DNA of 64,000 bases from Phoronis australis (taxonomy: Eukaryota; Animalia; Phoronida), in the NCBI GenBank assembly GCA_002633005.1, contig NMRA01000486.1:245251-309250 (forward strand). Direction: 5' to 3'. Below the pieces are notes generated by a model that did not search any database, had not been told where the DNA came from, and saw nothing but the letters and a program-made list of their open reading frames with translations. The position numbers were made by a program, and so were the translations under genes. Below, in pieces: positions 1 to 13,444 of the stretch (position 1 is its first letter; each line of letters begins with the position of its first letter).

Positions 1-114
1 AGTAAAGTTGTACAAACATAGAATGGAGGTACATGCACTTGGACGGAAAATATGCAATAAAGATTTAGATGCATCATCTCATCCAAAGGGTGAAACTCAT
101 TATGTAACACAAAC

Positions 115-3100
115 CTGGTCGCCACCTGGTGACTGTAAAGTCTTTTCCCATCGTTTTGAAATACTCGAGCCAAGCCAAAGTCTGCAATCTTTAAATGTCC
201 TGTAGAGCTAATCAACAAATTGGCTGGCTTTAAATCCTGCAAACAGATGTGCTATGCAGAAAACATTTTAAAATAAATGACACCTTTAGATTTTTTCACA
301 GAAAAGTTATTATTTAATAAAATGTTGTAAAAGAATAAACTATCAAACAACACAGCCAGAAATAAACGCGTAACCAACAATTCAAGAATACATTTGAAAA
401 TTAAAATGGTAATCCCAGTGTCAGTTTTCTCCAACATTAGAAACATGGCTCCATGTGTCAAGCTCGCTGTAATGTTGAGCATGCCCAAAAATCTGCACTG
501 TCTATTAAATTAAAATAAGTTTGGGTTAGTTTAAGAAGCCTATGAGCTCCATTACAAAGGTTGTTTCAGAACTTGAATTATTCCTTCAACAGAAAGTGAT
601 GCAAAAACACAACAGAATGGAACAATATTTGTCACTGAAATACATTCATGACATCATGTCCCAGCAAAATAGTCATACAAGTTCAATGTGCAACATTCAA
701 AAATAAACAACCACGAAAAAGAAGTGCTGATTCCAGGGTTCATTTCAAAAAGCTAGATTCATGTGAATTTTGTGAGATCATGCCAGATCACTGGCACATG
801 ATGATTTGAGTGACAGGTTAATAGTAAGATGGTGACCTCACTAACATACATCGTGAAGTGACAGCCACTGAAGTGATTGGTCGGCAAGGCTGCTATATTG
901 AATTATAGGGAAAAACTGTGTTTAAACGCATTATTTGTGTTCCACAGACTAAAGTTTCTCCCAGAAAATGGGCAACAGTTGGATGTAACGTGCCCACATT
1001 TTGAGAGCCATTTTTCCACTGAATAACTGGCATCAAAGTGGTTCTCAAAATCTCGACACGTTTTTTGCGACCATTGCCCTGAAAATGTCTGGCAAGTGCA
1101 TGGCATTACAGAACCTGTTCCAGTACTTACTCTGTGCATGATGTGGTTCTCATGGCAGAAGGCCACACCCTTCAGCAGCATCATCATATAACTCTTGATC
1201 TGGGCTTCAGTCAGGGGCTTTTCGGTATTACGTATCACCTCAGCCAGATCCGACAGCATGTAGTCAAAGACGAGGACAAAGCCAGTACCATGTGGAAACA
1301 CATCGCGTAACTTCACTACGTGTTGGTTCTCTTCAATTTCTTGTAAAGCTTTGATTTCCCTGTGTGACAAACATTAATCTGCATGCTGCAGTTGACTCAC
1401 TTCTGGCAAAATAGACTAACTTTTGGTTTAGACTCCCTGTGTGACAAACATTAACCTGCATGCTGCAGTTGACTCACTTCTGGCAAAATAGACTAACTTT
1501 TGGTTTAGACAGCTACTGCCATAAAAATGATGAGATCTTGTTCCTTATTCAGATTAAAAGTACGCCCTGAAGTTGGGGAAAACAGTCATCTCTTGCAGCC
1601 ATACTAAGAGCAATTTTTTAATTCTAAGTTAACTTTAAAGTTTTTCATTTTTGTTTGACCTGCAGTGCTGAGGACTTCAACATAACAAATTACAAGCGTG
1701 ACTAATATAAAAGCTGAAACCAGATTATCTTACAAGAGAAAGCATTATTTCAAAACAGTGGAATTTCAGAAGACCACCCAGAGCAAGTACAGATGGCATT
1801 TACAAGTCACTGTTCACAGCTGGAAAAACAGCAAGCATAAAAGTTGACAAAGTAGACCAATATATACCTGAGGGCGGTGTTTGGTACTCCTTCTTCCAAT
1901 TTACGCAGGGCAACCTTTTTAAGAGCGACGATGTCACCACTCTGCATAGAAACGGCAAGTTTAAATCACAGTGAGCATGTTAGTGTAAGCAGCTCAAAAC
2001 ATGTCATAGACCAGACATTACGTACATAACAGACATAATTCTCCAGGGTATTACGTAACTTTAATGAGGAGACAAAAATAAACAAGATAAACAGTAGCAT
2101 AGCAAGTGGAGCAAACTAGCTGGGGGGAGGGGTACTCCGCCATATTTTTTACTGGGTAGGGGCAGTGCAGAAGGAAAATTAAAAGACACACTCATTTAGA
2201 GAGTGGACTTGAAAAAACAGTTCTACCAGGAGAAAGTTACCCTTTTGTAAGGGTTGTTCCAGAAACATGACCCTTTTAATCCAAAAATTTGGTAAGACAC
2301 GTGTTGGCAAAATGAGTACAACATTTACAGCTGTAGCGGTAGTGTTAAATGCAGCGTTGTGTTTTATGTGTGTGGGGTGGATGACCGCTGGTGTCGACTT
2401 GACGGATAGATGCTCAGTCGTTTTGAAGTTTGGATATTTAAAAAGCAGAAGTAAAAGGAGATTCGAATTGATTAAAAATACATGCTAATTCACTGATGTT
2501 GTCAAAAATTACAAACAGTAGTTATGAGAAAGAATTTATCAGAGACTATGAAGCAACCCTAAAACTTTTAAACGAAACTATAGTAGACTTACAAGACGTC
2601 ACTCATGTTTTTAAGAGTCGGACTGGAGCGGGTTTCAAACCCCAGACAGCCCGCCAAAACTGCTTGTGCGCGGCTTTTTATAACTAAACGAATGCACGTG
2701 AGGGTGAGTCCATGACATGAGTGACGTAATGAAACACCCCTATATAGAAGAGTCAATTAATAAAATGGAGCGAAACTGTAACTCTATAATTCACAAAGGG
2801 AGGGCGCGCCCGTCACACTCCCCCAACCTCAGATCTAATGTAATTATTTAACATAGATCAAAATTATACAGTAGTGACAGTGAGCGACAACTTCAACTCG
2901 TGATAACAAGGTACTCAAGACAGTTTAAATGACATCAATAACTCTAGTAATTCACAAACACAAAGACCTGACCGGTAGGACCATAATAAAATAGAGATTA
3001 AATATATGCATAGAAAATGACAACAATTAACTCGGAAACGATTAACAACAACAATAACAACGTAAAACTTAAACACCAATAAATGCAACTAGAGTTCTCT

Positions 3101-4029
3101 CCCATTCCAACAATCGGCCTACGTCCCCACCAAACTTCTCTAACTCAACATCTTTGAAGGGTGCCCTCTCCCTATAGAGCTCGCCCATCCGGGCCACGGC
3201 ACCAAAAATGTAGCAGTGGTGTTAAATGCAGCGTTGTGTTTTATGTGTGTGGGGTGGATGACCGCCGGTGTCGACCTGACGGATAGATGCTCAGTCGTTT
3301 TGAAAAGAAGGAGTAAAAGGAGATTCGAATTGATTAAAAATACATTCTAATTTACTGATGTTATCGAAAATTACAAACAGTAGATATGAGAAAGAATTTA
3401 TCAGAGACTATGAAGCAACCCTAAAACTTTTAGACGAAACTATAGTAGACTTACAAGACATCACTCATGTTTTTAAGAGTCGGACTGGAGCGGGTTTCAA
3501 ACCCCAGACAGCCCGCCAAAACTGCTTGTGCGCGGCTTTTTATAACTAAACGAATGCACGTGAGGGTGAGTCCATGACATGAGAGACGTAATGAAACACC
3601 CCTATATAGAAGAGTCAATTAATAAAATGGAGCGAAAATGTAACTCTATAATTCACAAAGGGAGGGCGCGCCCGTCACACAACAAACATTTCAAAAATAT
3701 CCCAATGGGCACACCTAGTTACTTACCTTTACCTAGCGTTGTTGACCAACTGGTACCTCCAGTTACCTACCTCTACCTAGCATTGTTGACCAACTAGTAC
3801 ACCTGGTTACCTACCTCTACTTTGCGTTGTTGACCACCGGGTACCTCTAGTTACCTACTTATACCTAGCATTGTTAACCACCTGATACTTATATCAAGTT
3901 GCATACTTCTACCGAGCATTAATTGTTCACCAAGTGGCACACCTAGTTACCTACCTCTACATGCTTTGCCTTGTCTACAATTCCATGCGCACCTTCCCCA
4001 ATACGACACAAGATCAGATACTGATCCAT
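115..4029 (-). CDS. CDK20: Cyclin-dependent kinase 20 (CCRK), 5' part; coding exons 4029-3955, 1941-1868, 1359-1131, 236-115; gene continues beyond the window start
   Basis: Spliced translation [25 protein letters not shown]|[25 protein letters not shown]|[38 protein letters not shown]...HIMHR|[26 protein letters not shown]...YSHQVATR. The GEGAHG loop, PNTALRE helix, HRDLKPAN and DFG motifs are present. All introns are GT-AG and phases are consistent. Confidence 0.93.
1357..1510. repeat. 77-bp tandem duplication containing the CDK20 exon-3 splice acceptor
   Basis: 1357-1433 and 1434-1510 are near-identical (tccctgtgtgacaaacattaa...ttttggtttagac). Confidence 0.9.
2332..3679 (-). mobile_element. 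Non-autonomous miniature LTR retrotransposon (TRIM-like) in CDK20 intron 1
   Basis: Direct repeats 2332-2817 and 3209-3679 have TGT...ACA ends. A PBS TGGTGCCGTGGCCCGGAT (3204-3187) resembles the complement of the tRNA-His 3' end. A purine-rich tract GAGGTTGGGGGAG abuts the other LTR. The internal region is 391 bp with no gag/pol. Flanks are cagc/caac (4-bp TSD, 1 mismatch). Confidence 0.88.
3709..3960. repeat. Degenerate ~40-bp minisatellite built from the CDK20 exon1/intron1 junction
   Basis: About 6 units like acacctagttacctacctctacctagcattgttgaccaactggt; the last unit contains the real donor GTAGAG|gtaggtaac (minus strand). Confidence 0.8.
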
Positions 4030-6504
4030 AGATGAGATCATCCGACAGCTGCAGGTGGCACTGCAATTGTAACATGGTTTGATCAGTTGGAGGCATAATT
4101 CGGTGAAAAGCTTCTAGCATATGGATGGCCTATAGGATGGCCACTGTATCTACTGCAGCCAAATGAGACAATGGTACTGTCCAGGCGATACCTTGTGTGA
4201 CCTCACCTATGGCACCTATGCGCAAAAGGTACTTGAAGCAACAAGACATTAATGGTTTAACCAGTGTATGGCATAATTCGCCGAAAAGTTTATAACGAAT
4301 GGAAGGCCTATAGGATGGCCACCGTCTCTAAGGCCAGTTGAGATGGTGGTACTGTCTAGCCGACGAGTAGGCGATTACATCTCTGTGATATTATACCACA
4401 TAAAAAGTTACTCATGTCAAAATACAGTGAATAGCATTGAATGAAACATTCAGATATATAGTATTGTAGCCCCTGGCCCTAGACAACCAGCTGAGGGGCT
4501 ACGTGTTCCCGTCAAGCCCTGTACGCCTGTGCTGTGCCGTGGACGTGAGTGTGAATCAATCACTGACACTGGTCCATCACTCAATCAGTCAATGAATCAG
4601 ATCAGTGACACTGACAGTGTTTAAGATATCACGTTTCCACATTTTATCCTAATATTACCTATCTGTTATTGCAATAACATTGATTCAAAGACGTTGTAGT
4701 TCCACAGCAAAGTATTTTAAAATACTCTGTTCAGATGCTCATCAGCAATCCACACAATTTATCAAAACATCAACAACTGCCTGAGGACTGGTAAAGTTGT
4801 CAAGTACGCTCAGAAAGTTTCCGGTTTTGCTGGAATGCGCTCCCTCAATATTTGTCACTCGATTATTAGTTGTCGTTGGTTCACTTCTGTCGCTAGGATC
4901 GCAAGGGCGCGGTCAGACCAGACTGGCTGTTTGTTTCGTCCCTCATCCTACTTTAATGCCAGAATGACACAAATTGATTGTGAGCACACAGATCCAGAGA
5001 TCTGTTGCAATGAAAATGTCTTTTGTTTTTATTTCAGTGACATTGCCATTTTCATTGCAATGTAACAACCCGGCGTACAATTGCGGAATACCAAAATGCG
5101 AGTCTTGAAACTTTGTAAGCCCTTATTTCTGTTTTTTGTTTCATATCATGTAGGACCTATCTGAACTCATTTTCCCTTGTTTTTATTGAACATGCCTTTT
5201 CAAGTTGTTTTTTAGTTATCGAAACTGTTAGTCTGCAAATGTTTGTTTGACTATAAGATATATTTTTTTTATTTTTTTATTTCATTGGCTGTCAATAACA
5301 TAAACATACACATTAGTCAATTTTCAAATCTCATGGTGTTCAAAGCAAGTGTAAGAACGCTTGCTTGGTATAATTCGACTATATTGAAAACATTGATCTG
5401 GAAAAAAATTGAAACAAAACTGCGGCACAGTCATGAGAAAAGAACTCGAGAAGTACAGGTTTTATCAATGAGAAAAAACGTTAATGAGTACAATTAAGCT
5501 TGCGGTCCGTGAGAGTGGAAAATTATTCACGTTCACGTGGTTTGTAGCTACAAGTATGTAAGTGATCCGGTCACTCATCGGCTCAGTGAGCAAACAAGTG
5601 GCGGGACAACGTGAACTAGTGAAATCAACTGAGATACCTCCGGGCTTACTACGGAACAGAAAAAGTGGGCGTCAGTGGCCGGTTGCATGAAACAGTCCCA
5701 AATAGGGACTCAACTAAGGTCCCTAAGTCTTTTTGAATATTTGTGTCTTTATGGATTCATAGACACAATATTTTTCTATCACTTCATCTTTAGTATGAGC
5801 TCCTCTTTATTTAATGAATTGTTCAAATTCAAACTTTTTTCCAATTAGAATTTGATTTTACATTTTTTTTGTTCTTTATTTAGGCCTCACTTTGAATTAA
5901 ATTGACAGAAAAACACCACGTTGTGTTTCCACTTTTCAATAAGTAATGTATTTTGCTCGTGCATTTGGTGAAAATGAATATCAAAAAGACAATGTAAATA
6001 TGGCGTAATTGTTATTAGAGAAAATTAGTTCAAAGTTTAAAAAAAATAATTTGCTGGAACAGAGTTTGGCAAATAACAAAATATTTAAAATTCAAATTAA
6101 ACAGATTTTTGTTTGTTCTACATCAATACGAATCTCAATCTTTAATCTGGGTTCAAAAATCCTCTGGCCAAATCACCGCGTGTCCTTGCGTTATCTTACC
6201 GCGAAAAAAACTAATCGGTGTCCTCAGAAAAGTTTGAAACGTCGGAAATGAAATACCAATGATCTCAATGCGGCCTAGTTTCACTCCATTCCAAACAATT
6301 CAAAACCCATCAAAATTCACGGTATAAATAACAAGCGTCAACAATTTGAAATACTGCCATATGATCATTCTCACTTAAACCAGCAAGAGCGGGTCAGTGA
6401 AAAGTTGTCACAATTTTTCCAAAGACTGAGCCTGGCTATGGTTTTACCAGAGGAATCGTGATCTTGGCGGTGGGCGTGTGAGGGAAGAAGGGTCGCCCCC
6501 ATAA

Positions 6505-6748
6505 AGCTGCATGCGCGCACCTAGGCGAAGTGGGCAAAAAGGTCCGCCTACGAGAAACAAAAAGTCCGAGAAAATGAATGAGGCAAAAGTCCACTAAAGA
6601 AGCACAAACGCACAATTCAGTGGTGCGCCCGTTTCTTTTTTTCTTTTTTTTATTTATTTTTTTAGTCCGCCGGCTATTTTGTTACAAAAAGGTCCACAAC
6701 TTTAGGAATTCGAGCCCCCCCATATTGAAGGCTGGGCGCCCGCATGAG
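6505..6748. mobile_element. Interspersed repeat (MITE-like); related copy at ~23495-23765
   Basis: Both loci share ggcgaagt(g/c)ggcaaaaaggtccgcct...aaaggtccaca...aattcgagcccccca. Confidence 0.6.
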
Positions 6749-8029
6749 CTCGGCTCATTTTTCCGCGATACAATTTATGTAGTTTTACATCGAATGAGCT
6801 GTCCTTAGATAGAACAAGAAGAACGTGACAAAACCAAATTTGGGTGTTATCCCCCAACGCCATGTTGGGGGTCGTAGTTCTGCCAAATATCCTTGAGACG
6901 GTCATCGGCGAGGGGTCAGTCCCACCGGCACGTACGTGTGTCACTCTAGTGTAACCTACAGTAGTCGTGATGAACAGAGTGAATGGATGATTATATATAA
7001 CTAAGAGAGAGTATTTCCTAACCACCTCGAGACTCCGCGGGCTTCTACCTATGAAAAGTATGTACGGATCACCAATGGCTAGTAGGGTCAATCCTTTAGA
7101 AGTTGATAACGTTTGACTCTTTTTTGATAATCTCGCTGATCAGTTCAAATTGATTTTCCGGCAGTTAACGAAAGATTTGAGATTTACTTTGTTTTATTAA
7201 AGCTGTGTTTCGCCCTGCATGCTTACTAATTGGCTAAAAATCAGTAAATTGTTTCTCTTTTAAGATTTAGTAAAGCCAGTTATTATTCTTATAAAATCGA
7301 TCTTGTAATACTCCTATAACCTAATAAGAAAAATTGCGAATTCCAAAATGACCACAAAACGCATTGCCTGTGACTCGCTGGCTCATCAGGCAATAATTCG
7401 AGATCGGTTGACTGTGGAGATGTTTTTAAAACCCGCGGGACAAAGTAAGAGTTCAACGGACAAAACAGGAGCGAAACACAGTGAGTTTTCCACAAACCTA
7501 CGTAAGTATATTCAGTAGCAACGTTAATTCTAAAAGAACAACAAAAATTGGAAAGGAACAAAACCGGCAAATTAGTTGGATTCATACTATCTTCTGTTCT
7601 CAAAGTATTGATGACATCACCCGGGTTTAGATCCGCATGCAGCCAATCACATTGCTGTCTATCTTGTTACTATTTTTAGAACAGGGAACCTCTATATTAA
7701 CCCCCCTGCTGAATATATTTTTCAATATCAACTTTCATGTGTACAATAGTAATTGAGTTTACTATCACAACTGAATGTTTTCGTGGCTGAATTGTGCAAC
7801 AAGTGCTTCGAAAGGTAGACATTTTAAGTTTTTGAGTGTGTTTTGTAGAGTTATATTAAGTTCGGCAGCTAATTAAAGTCAGTGCTATATGTTCAGTGGA
7901 TCTCAGTACGTGCTCTGTGCAATGGCTCGCTGCAGACTTGTTTAATTTATTTGACGTATATACTGTGAGGATTTTAATAGTTAATTAAATTTCCACCATT
8001 TCCATGAAACGAGGATCATGGGGCTATGC

Positions 8030-8038
8030 CCGGAAGTG
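8030..8038 (+). promoter_or_regulatory. ETS/GABP-type site in the likely RhoA promoter / 5'UTR region
   Basis: CCGGAAGTG, with a CCAAT near 7642, a YY1-like CCGCCATTTT near 8707 and candidate UTR donors near 7502 and 8398. The TSS is not determinable. Confidence 0.3.
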
Positions 8039-8920
8039 GAGGATATTTCTTAACTTCACTTTTTTATTCGCTTTTCTGCAGTTGTGCGCTGCAAAAAAAC
8101 TTTCCTGCAAACTCAACAATTTCTCAAAAAAATCAGAAATATTTAAGCTCAGAATGTGCAGTTGATTTAATCTGAAAATCATAATCCGTTTCCTTTGATT
8201 TGTTTTGGGTGGAGTGAGAATCTATTTTGAGTCACGCACTTGTTATCCCAGAATGCTTTGCATGATTTCAATTCGCTCGAGCAATTCAGCAATACTGATA
8301 ACCCCCCAATCGGCACCAATTGAGGTGTGGTCAGAAAACGGTCGAGTTGGATGGTTGCTTTTTGCGGGGATACACAGATTTATAGCCAGTTTGTAAAGGT
8401 ATGAAAGGTTTTGTATGTTTCAGGTGTCATGATACTACAAGATGCGGGAGCGATTAGATAAATTTTCTGAGCTAGGTTTCAAAAAATGGGCAACTTTGCA
8501 GTAACGGTTGAGTTTTAAACGGGGTCATTGTTGCTGAATAAGAGGAAGTTGCAAGTCGCCCGGTATTTATGAGCTTAGCTTCATCCCTCACTTTTTATCA
8601 CTGGCGGAAAAGTTTGTCTGTGTTTGCAGCGTTAAAACTGTCACTACTGGAAGCCAATATAACGTTTCAAGAGTCTTCGCTGTTGAAGTTTCGCATTCCA
8701 ATGTGTCCGCCATTTTGAAAATGACATCACCGGCAATTTTTCTCTCAGGAAGGGAAGTCTTGGCGGTTTTCTTGGTGTCCTAGTCTAGTGAAAATGTGCT
8801 TCCTGGTTCGAATTTTGTTACTGAGTACACGGTTCTCAAAATTGTCCAAAACCAGCGCAAGCTTGTGTGTGGAACTTGAAGTGAATGTGTAAATGCCTCG
8901 TTCAGCTCATTTCGAGGGCT

Positions 8921-9030
8921 GGGATAACGCGGTCCCTGATTTTGAGAACCAGTTTCTTCCACTGAAAAACGGGCTCGTTATTCAGTGATTGCCAGGTTCT
9001 CAAAATCAGGGTCCACTATATCCGACTAGT
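8921..9030. mobile_element. ~110-bp hairpin MITE; second copy at 38304-38419
   Basis: Arms ...ccctgattttgagaacc / ggttctcaaaatcagggtcc... are reverse complements; the same family occurs in PQBP1 intron 1. Confidence 0.7.
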
Positions 9031-11537
9031 GCTGACTTGTTTTACTCGAGATTTAGCCTGTACTGAAATTGAAAACTAGACAAACACAGTGGACAAAACT
9101 GGTTCTCTAAGTCAGGGACTGCATATCAAAACATAGTTGTTTTCAAAAGTCTTGACTTGCTTGCTTGATCTAGCACTTAAAGATGAATAAGTATTTATAG
9201 ACACTTGACAAGATAGTTTGCAGTATACACCGGTGACCTAAAGTCGCGAATATAAGCATAATAAGCAGTTGATTGTCATACTACCCAGTGTCCATTTGCA
9301 ACTGCTCATGTGATATCATGGACATATATCAGCCTTCACAAATATACGTATTTTGACAATCTTAATCCTTGTTTGTATCCGTAAGCAGAGTTTTAAAACA
9401 GTCGTTGATCGACCCTGGGACATTTTGATACATTGTTGAAGCTACCCCTGGAGCGCGTGTTTGAGTAAATCTGAACGATAAATATTTTCGAAAATGTATC
9501 CCAAAATGCACTAAAAGCTGTTTTTAAGATACATTTGAAAAAAGAAGCCAATCACTTGTTATCATATTGTGAATACGAACACGTCCAAGTATTCGTTTGA
9601 CATTTGTAAGCAGATTAACACTGGAAACTTCAACCCCAGGTGTCTCATTACCGCGCAGAAGAGGAAATAAGATCGTTCACGACTTTAGGGCACTCACGAC
9701 TTAAGGACTTCTGACGGTACATATGCCAAACATATGTGACCAGACATCCTCTAGTTCTTGATGAAAGTTGTAATGTACCCNCCCCCCGTTGTTGTGAAAC
9801 TTGCCTGGATTACCAACGAAACATCATTCCATACACATGACCTTCCAAGAAATCTGCTGTCCTAAATTATAGATATTCAGTTTCTCCTTTTGGCCCAATG
9901 TCCCGCGCACGTGCTCACTTCCTGAGGCACACTATTATCTAGATATGATCCTTCTGATTTCCTATGAATGTTTCCGACTCCCGTCTTTATACTGTCTGTA
10001 TGTTGAGTTCTTGAGCGGATGGGGCATGGCGACTCCGTGGCAACCTAGGATTTTCACCAGATCGCCAAATAAAATCTGAGATTGTTACTGTGACCTGCAG
10101 GCTGCCAAACCATGCCCTGTTCATTTTATTCAATGGGTAATACTGGTTCTCAATGTCAGACCACCAAAAGAGACTATATCCCCACCATTGTGCAGAATTT
10201 CTGCAAAAGATTACATGGGGAATACATGCTTTAATTAATCACATTTGCCTGGCCCTTTGAATGATGTCATCTACTAGAAAATGGGTCTAGAAGCTGAATC
10301 TTTACTAGCGTTAGACAACTCACCTGTTTTCAATGAGATATAATTTTGTCTACAAAATTCAAAACAAAAACTTAGCTGCGATCAACTGCTCTAATGTTGA
10401 GCCACTTTGTTCAATTTTTGATTGACTGTCTTGTCAATTGCAACTACGCAGCGCTTTTAGTGGTCTCTACCTGTGAAACGTTGTCCAACTTTATTCCTGG
10501 TGAATTTTGCAACATTTTAAGTTGTTTACTCATCTCACCGTTATCTCGGTGGTCCTAAACTTGATAGTTTCTTGAAATTGTGACCCAGTCTTCCATGCTA
10601 ATACTGCTTTTGGTCAGGATTCATTAAAACAGTATTCTTTTTTCTTGCTGCTCCACATTTTTTGTTTATTGCATAGGGGCCTACTATTTTCCAATCCATT
10701 GCAAGCGTAGTTGATTCCCTTATATTTTTCCAACTCTGTAGGGCAACTTTATACTGCGTTTGTTCACACATGGGTTAAGTATATGGGATAAGCCGCTTTA
10801 CATTGTCAACACTATCATGTCTGTTTGTCCTCATAGAACTTAATTATCTTTGTTATATACTAAACCAGGCGTTCATGTAGAAGACTTCCAGGGTGTCCAA
10901 ATGGACTTAATTTTCGACACCATGGTTAGGATGCCCCGTTTCAGCATTTGCCCTGTTCAATACTTGGATGGTCGAGTAAAAACAGCAAGGTGCATTTGTG
11001 TCTCTTTTAACTTGCTAACAGCAGCTTAGAAAGTTCACTGGCCTTATAAAGATAAAACAGTCCTAATGTTAAGCTTTCATTTAAATTAAGAGAAACTTAA
11101 TTGCAGACAGATGTCTCCACAGTTCCATTCTACACTATTGCAGTAATTTGATCAAGGGTCATAAAAACAGTCATTGGGGACACTGGTTTTGGAAAGGCTA
11201 GCACTGAAAGACTGGCAGAATCTCCTATGTTCAACGTTGAGCCTTTTAAGCCCTGTGCATGAAATAGTTTAAGTAATAGATGTGCCTTTTTGTACACAGA
11301 TAATCTTGTGTTGACAACTGCTATTGCTCAGTTGATGTTGCTCGGAACAATCGTGAAATGTGTTTATGTTGTCACTTCTCGGGTTAATTCTTTGAAATTC
11401 ATTTTAAGTTGTGTCGTATTTTTGGGTAGATAAGCCTCACGGTGTTGTTAGTGTGTGTTGGATGATGCATTATTGTTAGTGGATAGTGACGCACATCTGC
11501 AGTGATTGGTTGGATTTCATTATTTGTCATGCATCAA

Positions 11538-12043
11538 CAGGGCTTGGAATTTTCCGCGGAAACGCAGATTTCCGCTTTTTTCAAATGTGCTTTCCGCTTT
11601 TTTATAATATTTCCGTGTAAAAAAATCGGATTTGATATAAAATTTCCGCTTCAAATTCCTTTCTTACCGCGGCGTTGCAGACGACATTCACCTCTAAAAG
11701 CGGAAGTTGCTCTTTATGTTTCGGAGGAACGTAAATTGTCAACATTGCCGGGGCATCTGGGACAGCGTGGTGGGATTTTTCAATGGCGTCTCGTGTTATT
11801 GTTAAGCGCAGCGACAAATACTTCCGCTCTGCAGCCAAAAATGTGTGGGCTGGGAGTGGACGGGCGAGCCAAAAGGACGCAGACGCATGCTACTGATGGT
11901 GATGACCTTTTTTTTTTTTTAGTCCCGATTTTTGTCGGGGAAAAGTTCACATTGACCATTTCAAGGCTGGTTATCAGGCATGATTTGGGCCGTAAAAGTT
12001 TCAAAGTTTCCGCGTTTTTTGTCATTGGTCATTCCAAGCCCTG
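11538..12043. mobile_element. MITE with 13-bp perfect TIR
   Basis: CAGGGCTTGGAAT ... ATTCCAAGCCCTG; flanks catcaa/cataaa. Confidence 0.8.
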
Positions 12044-12089
12044 CATAAAACTACCATTGCCATGGTAGATTTGGTGGAGAGGCTTGTAC

Positions 12090-12640
12090 CGGGATGCATG
12101 AAACAGTCCCAAATAGGGACTCTACTAACTTCCCTAAATCTTCTGCATATCTGTTCCGTTTTTTACTCACATATGTAGTATTTTTTCTTTTATTTTACAT
12201 GGGCGGCACAGCACTGAAAAAAGTGGGGGCTAAAGCCCCCTCAGCTCCCCTGTGAGGCACCACCTACAGACTATGTGCGGCATAGCACTGAAAAATGTGG
12301 GGCTAGAGCCCCCCCCCCCAGCCCCCTGTGGTGCGACGCCCATCTTTATTATGAGCACCTCTTTGACTAATGACATTCTTTTATAATATAGCTAAAAATT
12401 GAGTCCTTAAAATAATTGGGGACTTGGTCCTTAAATTAGGGGTGTTGCATGAAAAGATCCTTCCATATTTTCAATAAATTTGCGAATTCAGTTGTGATTT
12501 GTATCAAAGTTAAATATTGACTTGATTTTGATACTCAGACAGCATAAAAAGGACAGTCAGTGTTTTCACAAGCTCACAAATACGCAGTAGGTCTAAGGAT
12601 TTTAGTGTAGTCCCAATTTTGGACTGTTTCATGTATCTGG
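12090..12640. mobile_element. MITE with ~29-bp imperfect TIRs; a partial copy starts at ~5682
   Basis: gatgcatgaaacagtcccaaatagggact ... agtcccaattttggactgtttcatgtatc; the same left end occurs at 5682-5710. Confidence 0.7.
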
Positions 12641-13015
12641 TCGGGCATTCAGGCACTGGTGTTTAGAAAATGTAATAAATTTATAAATTTCTTATTCTCA
12701 AGGTTAGAATTTAAACTTCTTGAAATTTGAAGCAAAATCAAGACATTAAGTTTTTTTTTTTAAATCATGGTTGAAATGAACAGTTACTAGCAATTCTGAG
12801 ATTCTTGTTTCAAAGTCTACAATCAGAATTACCAAAACCTGGTACATTTTGCTCCTTAGCTTGTGCTAAATTAGAACCCTGCATTCAATGCTGATCCCTC
12901 GTCCCTTTACATTTGTAAATAGACATCCGAAAATGTTGCTGCATTTTCGTGAATCAAAACCAAGGTGTTAAAAATCTCTTTACTTGTTTAATGCAAATGT
13001 TAAAGAAGTATTTAA

Positions 13016-13444
<429 letters not shown>

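Noticed and set aside
2496-3549. Twin 63-aa ORFs (MLSKITNS...)
   Set aside because: They lie inside the two LTRs; the duplication explains them and there is no recognisable protein motif.
3709-3960. CRISPR-like repeat array
   Set aside because: The units are contiguous degenerate repeats without unique spacers, in a eukaryotic intron with no cas genes.
11502-12068. 188-aa ORF
   Set aside because: It coincides with a TIR-bounded MITE and shows no protein motif.
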